DNA from: an uncultured Clostridium sp.
GTDB taxonomy: Bacteria; Bacillota; Clostridia; TANB77; CAG-465
Length of the DNA stretch: 64,000 bases
Reading direction: 5' to 3'
NCBI GenBank assembly: GCA_947361355.1
Contig: CANAIR010000005.1
Coordinates: 21,762-85,761, forward strand
Below, in pieces: positions 41,885-50,338 of this stretch. Position 1 is the stretch's first letter; every line of letters starts with the position of its first letter. The notes beneath the pieces were generated by a model. That model was not told the DNA's origin and did no database searches. It saw only the letters and a program-made list of their open reading frames with translations. The translations under genes and the position numbers were made by a program.

Positions 41885-42130
41885 TTCAATAATTTAAGTA
41901 AAATTGTAAGGGAGTAAATTTACTCCCTTTTCAATTACCATAAATGCAGGTAAGAAGTTGAAAATTATTATCATTTTGTGTTATAATCATCTCGAGAAAT
42001 TACAAGTTATAGAGAGGATTATCATAAATATTATATAAAAAATGAAATATAACAAAAAGAGATATTAAAAACAAGTTAGTATCTCTTTTTTGTGTCTAAT
42101 TATATTTTAAATCTAAATTTTCATTAAAAA

Positions 42131-42372
42131 TTTTTTTAAAAATGTCCCATTTTTCATTTCTCAATCGCTGTTATAGATAAGAGAGAAAATCTCATATATA
42201 AAAACTTCAAAAAAAAATAAAATTTTTTCAAAAAAAGGTCAAGTTTTTGATTTTTCAATCGCTGTTATAAGTAGGAGATTTAAAATCACATATACAAAAA
42301 ATAAAATTTTTTTGAAAAAAACATAACCTTTTTAACTTTTCAAACGCTGTTATATATGAGAGGGAAAATCTC
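42131..42372 (+). repeat. Three degenerate ~90-bp direct repeats with core CGCTGTTATA
   Basis: Cores at 42166, 42260, 42345, each preceded by T-tract and followed by gag..aaaatc. Confidence 0.75.
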
Positions 42373-42384
42373 GAAAAATTAAAG

Positions 42385-42660
42385 AACATTGAAAATTGAA
42401 TAGCAATTCATTAGATACAGTCCTTTGATTACTTGAGCTAGTAATAAAATCTATTACTTAAATATTAGCTTGCAACTAATAAGGCGAAGATAAGTGTAAG
42501 AGGAAAGAAACTTTTGTATAGTCATAGAACGAGCGTTAAAAGCGTCCCACGCAATGAGTACAAGCCTGTAAACAGGTAGGTGAAAATCCTATGAGATGTA
42601 AGCAAAACATCTGTCTAATGAATTATTGGAAAAGGTATAAAGAGAAAATATACCAATAAC
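42385..42660 (+). ncRNA. Candidate structured leader RNA upstream of recombinase module
   Basis: boxA-like aacattgaaaattgaata; closing stem 42405-42417 / 42612-42624; several internal hairpins; no ORF. Confidence 0.4.
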
Positions 42661-42708
42661 TACCAAAGAAAATTGAATGGTAGTGTTTTTATCAATCACT
42701 TAAAGGAG

Positions 42709-42882
42709 ATGGTAACATTGATTGAGAAAGTTTTAACAAATAACAGTGAAAAAGTAGATAAAAAATTACTCCAATATACACTACAATTAAGAGCATTAAA
42801 TCATTTAAAAAATAATAATAAAATAGATGAAATAGTATATAAATCAACAAAAGCTAAAATAAATAAAAATTCACACATTTGA
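42709..42882 (+). CDS. Small SHOCT-like protein, putative recombination directionality factor
   Basis: QL..L.HL...NKIDE..Y pattern; immediately upstream of serine recombinase. Confidence 0.55.
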   Translation: MVTLIEKVLTNNSEKVDKKLLQYTLQLRALNHLKNNNKIDEIVYKSTKAKINKNSHI

Positions 42883-42940
42883 AAATAAGAAGATAAAAAT
42901 ATAATGTGTTAGTGGTTAAAAATTGGAAAAGGAGGTATGA

Positions 42941-44751
42941 ATGAATGTAACTTTAATAAAAAAAGTCGATGGACGAATAAATCGTACAACTGGTTTAAAG
43001 GTTACAACAGGATTAAGAGTAACAGCATATTGTAGAGTAAGTACAGATGATGAAGACCAAAAAAACAGTTATGAATCGCAAAAAGCATATTACAAAGAAA
43101 AAATAACCTCTAATCCAGAATGGAGGTATATAGAAATTTATGCAGATGAGGCAATTTCTGGTACATTAGACTATAAAAGAAATGACTTTATGAAAATGAT
43201 ACAGGACGCTTTAGATGATAAATTTGATATGATAATGACAAAGTCAATATCAAGATTTGCAAGAAATACAGTAGACACACTAAAATATGTAAGAATGTTA
43301 AAAGAGCATAATGTAGCTGTATTTTTTGAAGAAGAAGGAATAAATACATTAGAAATGTCAGGAGAATTACTATTAACAATATTAAGTTCAGTAGCACAAC
43401 AAGAAAGCGAAAATACATCTACACACGTAAAATTAGGACTAAAAATGAAAAAGGAACGAGGAGAACTAATTGGCTTTGGTGGTTGTTTAGGTTATACTTA
43501 TAATCCAGAAGATAACACTTTAACTATAAATGAACAAGAGGCAGAAATTGTTAGACTAATTTATGAAAAATATTTAGAGGGATTTGGAGCAGAAAGTATA
43601 TCAAGACAATTAACTAAACTGGGAATAAAAACACCAAAGGGAAAAGCTGTATGGTGCGAAACAACAGTAAGAAAAATACTAAAAAATGAAAAATACAAAG
43701 GAGATGTACTACAAGGAAAAACATTTACAATAGACCCAATTAGTCATAAAAGATTATCTAATATGGGAGAGGAAGATAAGTATTATATTTCTAATCATCA
43801 CGAGGCAATAATAGACGAAGAAACATTTGAAAAAGTACAACAAATAATGAAAGAAAGAAACGGAGGCAGGTCAGCAAGTAGGAAAGTTGGAAATGTAGGA
43901 AGAAAATACCCAATGAGTAATAGAATTAGATGTGGATTTTGTGGAAGTACCTTTACAAGAAGAAGTCTATATACAACAGCAAATCCAAAACCTGCTTGGC
44001 TATGTCAAACAGCAAGTAAACTAGGAAAAGAGTTTTGTAATAAATGTAAAATAATGAGAGCAGATGTATTAGAAAAGTCATTTGTAGACGCATATAAACT
44101 ACTATGTAATGATAACAAATTATTAGTAGATAATTTCCTAAATAATATATCAAGTGTAATGAAAAGCAATTCTCCAAAAGATAATATAAAGAAATTAGAA
44201 ACACAAAAAGAAGAATTAAAAAATAAATGCAATAAGTTATTAGACTATATGCTAGATGGTACAATTACAAAAGATATTTATACAGAAAAGAAAGATGAGT
44301 GTTTATTAAAAATAAAAGAAGTAGACACTAAAATAATGGAAATTCAAGCAAATATGGAAGATGACGACAGCATAGAAAGAGGCATAAAGAAATTAAAAAA
44401 AGTTTTTGACACTAACGCTATTATGGAAGAATTTATATAGATGTCTTTGACACACTTGTTGACTATATTATTGTTGGAGGGTATAATGAAAGTGGCAGAG
44501 CAGACCCATATATGTTAAGATTTATTGTAAAAACTCATTCAAATATGTTTAAGAAAGAAAAAGATGTTTCAAAAGAGCATATAGTGGAACGAAACAAATT
44601 AACACAAGATTATAGAAATATAGTGTTATTAGATTTTATAGACCAACAAAATTTTATAGCTTACGATAGAGATAAAGACGGAAATTTTAAGAAAAAAGTA
44701 ATAAAAAAGGTTAGAGTTAGGGTAGAATGTGATATGAGTAATGAAAATTAG
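42941..44751 (+). pseudogene. Large serine recombinase, frameshifted near 44433
   Basis: AYCRVST, TKSISRFARN, zinc ribbon CG.CG; EEF then (D)IDVFDTLVDYIIVG...PYMLRF continues in another frame, matching FDKDVFECLIDKVVIG...PYIIRF of the 48217 paralog. Confidence 0.85.
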
Positions 44752-44810
44752 TAACCTTACAACAACACTTACTCCATATTAAGACTACCTTACACTCAGA
44801 CCCACACCAC

Positions 44811-44835
44811 ACATGTGGAATGTTGCTCGGTGCTA
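44811..44835 (+). repeat. att site copy 2 (junction of elements 1 and 2)
   Basis: acatgtggaatgttgctcggtgcta; encodes alternative RlmD end HVECCSVLYLKDSIQ*. Confidence 0.8.
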
Positions 44836-45103
44836 TATCTAAAAGATTCGATACAATAGTTGAATTTACTGCTTTTGAAGATTTTATTAGTTTTGAGAAA
44901 AAAGGAAAAAATAAGGTTAAAAGAATAGAAAATCATAAAATAAAGGTAACGATAGAAGTTGATATGGTGTGCGGAGTAGTATAATTTTATAATAAAAAAT
45001 AAATGAATGTTTGGAGATAAAACTTAAAATGTAAAGTATGTAATAATTTAATTTGTTATATACTTTATTTTTTTGTCATATTATGCTAGAATAAGAAAGA
45101 AAT

Positions 45104-46528
45104 TTGGAGGAATCAATGGAACAAACAAAGAATGATGAATATAAAAAAGTAAAGAATAATATTATAAAAAATTCTATACCAACAATAATAGCTTTTATAT
45201 TATCAGATGTATTTACAATGATAGATACAATGTTAATAGGTTCAATAAGTGATGAAAAGATATATACAGCATCATTATCAGCAATAAATGTAACTGCAAG
45301 GGTAATGTTATTTATATCTGCTTTATCTCGAGGAATGAATGTAGCAAGTTCTACAATATTATCAAGATATATTGCAAATAATAATAAAGAGAAAATGCAA
45401 TCAACTATAATACATACAATTATATTAAATGTATTTTTTATCTCTTTACCTTTAGTAATAATATCACTAATATTTATGAAAAAAATTATGATATTTATAG
45501 GAAATGACTCTATTATATATGATGTAGGAAAAGGATATTATATTGCTATAATGATAGGATTTATATTTTCATCTTTTAATAATATATTTGCATTTTTATC
45601 AAGGTCAGTATGTGAAGCAAAAAGAACATTATATATGGAATCATTTGCAAATATATTTAACATTTTAGGAGATATAGTATTAATTAATGGATTATTTATA
45701 TTTCCTAAATTAGGAGTTACAGGAGCAGGAGTAGCAACTCTAATATATAAAATTATATTGACAATAATGTGGCTATTCGTATTATTTAAATCTAAATCAA
45801 GACTAAGAATAAATACAAAGTACAAATTTAAATTTGATAGAGGAATGATCAAAGATATTTTACATACAGGAGTTCCAGCAAGTACAGAATTATTATCTAT
45901 AAGAGGAGCTAATATAATATTTACAAAGATAATAGCAAGACTTGGAACATCAGTTCTAGCTGCTCAACAAATATGTATGACAATTTTTAATTTAATAATA
46001 GAGGTAGGTAATGCTTTATCTGTTTCAGTTGCACCTTTAGTAAGTGAATGTATAGGAAAATGTAAATATGAAATGGCAAAAATATATGTAAGATATTCAA
46101 AGAAAATAGCCATAATAATTTCTACAGTAATTGGATTATTCATTATAATATTATCAACGCCATTATTAAATTTATATACTGATTCGGAAACAGTAAAATC
46201 AATTGTTAAAAATGTTCTAATGATAATAATTATAGCTCAATATGCTCAAAATATTAGAGATGTTTATGCAGGTGGATTAAGAGGAAGTGGAGATACTAAA
46301 TATATAGCAAAATACACAATATTAACAGATGTATTATTAAAAGTGACATTATCATATATTTGTGTTAATATATTAAAATTTGATTTAGTATCAGTTTGGG
46401 TAATAATAGCATTACAAGAATGTTTAAAAGCAATAATCTTTTATAAGAGATTTCATTCAGATAGTTGGAAAAATATAAAAGTAATAGATAGATTAGAAGA
46501 AGGAGAAGAATATGATAAAATTAAATAA
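45104..46528 (+). CDS. MATE family efflux transporter
   Basis: IDTMLIG, NIFNILGD.VLI.G...PKLGVTGAGVAT, GGLRGSGDT. Confidence 0.92.
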   Translation: MEESMEQTKNDEYKKVKNNIIKNSIPTIIAFILSDVFTMIDTMLIGSISDEKIYTASLSAINVTARVMLFISALSRGMNVASSTILSRYIANNNKEKMQSTIIHTIILNVFFISLPLVIISLIFMKKIMIFIGNDSIIYDVGKGYYIAIMIGFIFSSFNNIFAFLSRSVCEAKRTLYMESFANIFNILGDIVLINGLFIFPKLGVTGAGVATLIYKIILTIMWLFVLFKSKSRLRINTKYKFKFDRGMIKDILHTGVPASTELLSIRGANIIFTKIIARLGTSVLAAQQICMTIFNLIIEVGNALSVSVAPLVSECIGKCKYEMAKIYVRYSKKIAIIISTVIGLFIIILSTPLLNLYTDSETVKSIVKNVLMIIIIAQYAQNIRDVYAGGLRGSGDTKYIAKYTILTDVLLKVTLSYICVNILKFDLVSVWVIIALQECLKAIIFYKRFHSDSWKNIKVIDRLEEGEEYDKIK

Positions 46529-47264
46529 TAATCAAATGAACCAAATAGAACATTTATTTAATGATATAAAATTCTATATGGGTAAATCGGTTTTAGATGG
46601 GCTTATGGGAGAAGCATATACTGATAATTTAGAAAATCCCACAATTGCATATTTATTAGTTAGACAATATTGTTTTATAAATGGTAATAGTAACTCAGTA
46701 TTGGCGAAACAAGTATTAAAAACAATTCCAAAGACTTGTAAGAGAATTATAGCAAATAGTGATTGGAACGATATTATTGAAAGTACATATAATGATTTTG
46801 AAAAAAGTAAAAGATATTCTTTGAAAAAGGAAAAAAATATATTTAATAAACAACAATTGAAAGAATTTAGTGAAATTTTAGATAAGGAATATGAAATAAA
46901 GAAAATAGATGAAGAAATATATAAATTAATTAAAGCAAACGATGAAGATCCAAAACAAATGAAAATAACAGATGATTATAAGAATAAAGGAATAGGAGTA
47001 TGTTGTTTTAGAGATGATGAAATTGTTGGAATTTGTAGTTCAAATATTATTTATAACGATGGTATAGAGATTAATATAAGAGTTAAAGAAGGATATAAAC
47101 ATAAAGGAATAGGAACAGCTATGGCATCAAAATTAATATTAATGTGTTTGGAAAAAGGAATATATCCTAGTTGGGATGCTGCAAATTTGACTTCATTAGA
47201 ATTAGCTAAGAAATTAGGTTATAACTATGATTCTGAATATACCATATATAAAATTAATGAATAA
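46512..47264 (+). CDS. GNAT family acetyltransferase
   Basis: GIEINI...YKHKGIGT, YPSWDAAN..S..LAKKLGY. Confidence 0.88.
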   Translation: MIKLNNNQMNQIEHLFNDIKFYMGKSVLDGLMGEAYTDNLENPTIAYLLVRQYCFINGNSNSVLAKQVLKTIPKTCKRIIANSDWNDIIESTYNDFEKSKRYSLKKEKNIFNKQQLKEFSEILDKEYEIKKIDEEIYKLIKANDEDPKQMKITDDYKNKGIGVCCFRDDEIVGICSSNIIYNDGIEINIRVKEGYKHKGIGTAMASKLILMCLEKGIYPSWDAANLTSLELAKKLGYNYDSEYTIYKINE

Positions 47265-47287
47265 ATAAAATCCTATTAGATAATTCT

Positions 47288-47365
47288 AATGTGCTTTATA
47301 AAATCAAGTCAAGGTTAAAATGAATGTGCTGTCGCACAACCTTGACTAAATTTTAAAAGCACATT
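47288..47365. other. Long inverted repeat, possible oriT-like hairpin
   Basis: aatgtgcttt...agtcaaggtt / aaccttgact...aaagcacatt with inner gtgc-tgtc-gcac. Confidence 0.5.
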
Positions 47366-47553
47366 ATTTTTCAATTAAGAGGATTTAAGGATAAGTATAT
47401 TTAATTAAGTAGACATAAATACATTTTGGGCAAGTGAACTAATGTGAATACTAAAGGCAGGAAAGCATGCTTAACGCAATGCATATACACATTGAAGGAC
47501 AAGCCTTCAAGAGTTAATAAAGAAACAAAAATTTTAAGCAAATATGATGCAGA

Positions 47554-47791
47554 AATTCACTCGGTGAACTGGCTTAAACTCGCTATTCTTCGTTTAAATT
47601 GAAAATAGTGAACTAAAAATTTGAAAAAGTTCACCGAGTGTACTAGACTTTCATAAAGTAAGTTCACTAAGTGAATGTGAAAAGAGTAAAAAATTTTCAA
47701 GTACACCAAGTGAACTAAATCTAAATTGTATTAGTACACTTAGTGAACTTGTAATTTAAAATCATATTATTTTTAGTTCACTAGGTGTACT
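47554..47791. repeat. Six 17-bp palindromes AGTWCAC-N3-GTGWACT
   Basis: Copies at 47554, 47628, 47661, 47700, 47733, 47775; half-sites at 47434, 47608. Confidence 0.85.
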
Positions 47792-47967
47792 TATAAAATT
47801 AGATATGAAAATTATATCAAAAATAGAAAAGAGGGAAATAAAAGGGAATTGATTTTATAAAAACACAATAATATAATGATAGCATGAAAAGAAAGAGCAA
47901 AGAGATTAGAAAAATTCTAGTTTCTTTGTTCTTTTTCTTTTCAAATTTGAAGAAAAGGAGAGATTTC

Positions 47968-48144
47968 ATGCTACATGATTACGAGATAGAAGTTAATAAC
48001 TCTAATGACTTAAAAGATAATACTATGCTAAATTGTAGTATGGAATTATCTTTATTAAATAATTTGTTTAGACAAAACTTAATAACAGAAGCGGAAAAAC
48101 AAGAAATAAAAAGAAGAATCTTAAAAGATTATAAACTTTTATAA
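47968..48144 (+). CDS. Small SHOCT-like protein, putative recombination directionality factor
   Basis: AAGGAG RBS; MELSLL..L...NLITEAE...IK; upstream of recombinase. Confidence 0.6.
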   Translation: MLHDYEIEVNNSNDLKDNTMLNCSMELSLLNNLFRQNLITEAEKQEIKRRILKDYKLL

Positions 48145-48216
48145 TTTTAATTTACTTTTTACCCAAAAAATGATATAAAATTATTAAGTTTTATCTCTAG
48201 GCGGAACGGAGGAAAG

Positions 48217-49926
48217 ATGGAAATTCAAGTCATAGAGAAAACAAACGGAAGAATCAACAGAGTAACAGGAACAACAATTAAAGAAAGATTAAGAGTATGT
48301 GCCTATTGTAGAGTAAGCACAGATAATGAGGAACAATTAAATAGTTATCAATCACAATTAAAGTATTATGATGAAAAAATAAATAGTAAATCAGAATGGC
48401 AATTTGCTGGAATATATGCAGATGAGGCTATAAGTGGTACTTTAGATTTTAAAAGAACGAACTTTATGAATATGATACAAGATGCCATGCAAGGAAAAAT
48501 TGATATGATACTAACAAAATCAATATCAAGATTTGCTAGAAACACATTAGATACTTTAAAATATGTAAGAATGCTAAAAGAAAAAAATGTTGCAATACTA
48601 TTTGAAGAAGAAAACATAAATACAGGTTCAGGGCAAGGAGAATTAGTATTAACTTTATTAAGTGCAATGGCACAACAAGAAAGCGAAAACATATCTTCAC
48701 ATGTATTGCTAGGCTTAAAGATGAAAAAAGATAGAGGAGAATTAATAGGCTACAATGGTTGCTATGGATATAACTATAATCTTGAAACAAAAGAAATAAC
48801 AATTAATGAAGAAGAAGCAAATATTGTAAGATATATGTTTGAAAGATATGTAGAAGGAGTAGGTTCAAGTACCATAGCAAAAGAACTAACTACAAAAGGA
48901 ATAAAAACTCCAAAAGGCGGAACAAAATGGTGCGAATCAACAATAAGAGGAATCCTAAAAAATGAGAAATATATTGGAGATGTGCTAATGGGAAAAACAT
49001 TTACAATAGATCCAATATCACATAAGCGATTAAGTAATTTAGGAGAAGTAGATAAGCATTATTTAAAAGAACATCATGAGCCAATTATTAGTAAAGAGTT
49101 GTTTCATAGAGTTCAAGAAATAAGAACAAAAAGAGCAGGTAACAGAGAAACAGGAAGAAGAAATAATAACTATAGTAAAAAATATCCTTTTAGTAGCAAA
49201 CTGTATTGTGGCTTTTGCGGTAGTTTACTAACAAGAAGAAACTGGAATGCAAACAGAAACTGTTCAAAAGCAGTATGGCAATGTATCAAAAGAGCAAAAC
49301 ATGGAAAAGAAGAATGTCCACATTGTAAAGCAATTCCAGAAGAAATACTAGAAGATTGTTTTATACAAGGTTATAGAATACTCTGTAATGATAATAGAAA
49401 AGTAGTAGAAAACTTTTTAGAAAAAATAGAAAATATCTTGAAAGAAAATACTACAGAAACAATAGTAACAAAACTAGAAAAAGATAAAGAGAAAATAAAC
49501 AAGAAACTTGCTAATCTAGTAGAACTAAATTTAGAAGGTAAAATCAATAAGGAACAATATACAGAAAAATTTGATAACTTAAATGTAGAATTACTGAAGA
49601 TAGAACAGAAAATAGAAAGCCTACTAAAAGAAACAAACAGAACAGAAAGCATTAAACAAAGATTAAACAAGTTTAAAAGTTTATTTAAAGATATAGATAT
49701 AATGCTAAAGTTTGATAAAGATGTGTTTGAATGTTTAATTGATAAAGTAGTAATTGGAGAAATTGAACAAGATGGAACAATAAATCCATATATAATAAGA
49801 TTTATTTGTAAAAATGGAACAGAGATAAATTGCAAAGATAAATTTACTGCTACAAGCGATAAACAACATTCAAATAATACTGCAACCAGAGAGAAACAAC
49901 ACACGTCGAATGTGTATCAGTGCTAA
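48217..49926 (+). CDS. Large serine recombinase
   Basis: AYCRVST, TKSISRFARN, recombinase domain, CGFCG zinc ribbon, coiled coil; ORF runs through att copy 3. Confidence 0.95.
   Translation: MEIQVIEKTNGRINRVTGTTIKERLRVCAYCRVSTDNEEQLNSYQSQLKYYDEKINSKSEWQFAGIYADEAISGTLDFKRTNFMNMIQDAMQGKIDMILTKSISRFARNTLDTLKYVRMLKEKNVAILFEEENINTGSGQGELVLTLLSAMAQQESENISSHVLLGLKMKKDRGELIGYNGCYGYNYNLETKEITINEEEANIVRYMFERYVEGVGSSTIAKELTTKGIKTPKGGTKWCESTIRGILKNEKYIGDVLMGKTFTIDPISHKRLSNLGEVDKHYLKEHHEPIISKELFHRVQEIRTKRAGNRETGRRNNNYSKKYPFSSKLYCGFCGSLLTRRNWNANRNCSKAVWQCIKRAKHGKEECPHCKAIPEEILEDCFIQGYRILCNDNRKVVENFLEKIENILKENTTETIVTKLEKDKEKINKKLANLVELNLEGKINKEQYTEKFDNLNVELLKIEQKIESLLKETNRTESIKQRLNKFKSLFKDIDIMLKFDKDVFECLIDKVVIGEIEQDGTINPYIIRFICKNGTEINCKDKFTATSDKQHSNNTATREKQHTSNVYQC
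49901..49925 (+). repeat. att site copy 3 (attR of element 2)
   Basis: acacgtcgaatgtgtatcagtgcta; encodes alternative RlmD end HVECVSVLNLKKTV*. Confidence 0.75.
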
Positions 49927-50338
49927 ATTTGAAAAAAACTGTATAGCCATTGATACAAAAAGGAATTTAAAGAATTTTCGAAAACAAAAAAATGGCAAAA
50001 AAAGCAAAGTGAATATAATTACAAAAATAACAGGGGATGTGGAAACATGAATATGCACACTACCTATTATAAATTAAAAAATAAAGAAAGTACTTGTTAC
50101 TAAAAGAGATAGAGTAGAGATACTTTATCTTTTTTAAAATTCAAATTTATATAACAAGTAAAAAAATTGAGAATGAAAATATTTGTCAAAATTCATTGAG
50201 AAAAAAGTTGATTTATGGTATAGTTAAAATCAATATAAATTATTACTAAATATGAGACAAATCAAACAGAATGATTATAGAAGAATGTTTAATTAAGTGA
50301 ATATTTGAATAACAAAAAGTAAAAGAGGTGAATTTATA

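Larger units (their letters stand above)
35145..42005 (+). repeat. Twelve intergenic copies of AAATTACAA site separating single genes
   Basis: Starts at 35145, 35336, 35973, 36844, 37321, 38298, 38476, 38980 (AAATTATAA), 39522, 40483, 41363, 41997. Confidence 0.9.
28623..44835 (+). mobile_element. Integrative mobilizable element 1 inserted at rlmD 3' end
   Basis: Bounded by direct repeat ACATGTGGAA-N5-CTCRGTGCTA; carries TnpV, MobC, relaxase, ParB, XRE, large serine recombinase; no T4SS genes seen. Confidence 0.85.
44811..49925 (+). mobile_element. Small integrative element 2 in tandem at the same site
   Basis: Bounded by att copies 2 and 3; own SHOCT-like gene and serine recombinase; MATE and GNAT cargo; no relaxase. 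Confidence 0.8.

Noticed and set aside
35145..42005. Classical integron
   Set aside because: No tyrosine integrase and no GTTRRRY/RYYYAAC attC hairpins; the sites are far shorter than attC.
28623..44835. Self-transmissible ICE or prophage
   Set aside because: No VirB4, coupling protein or phage structural genes between the att sites.
47554..47791. Palindrome array as a CRISPR array
   Set aside because: Repeats are only 17 bp and degenerate, spacers are 16-57 bp and irregular, and no cas genes are in the window.
50036..50050. gatgtggaaac as a fourth rlmD att copy
   Set aside because: Lacks the downstream tcagtgcta half and hits a stop immediately.
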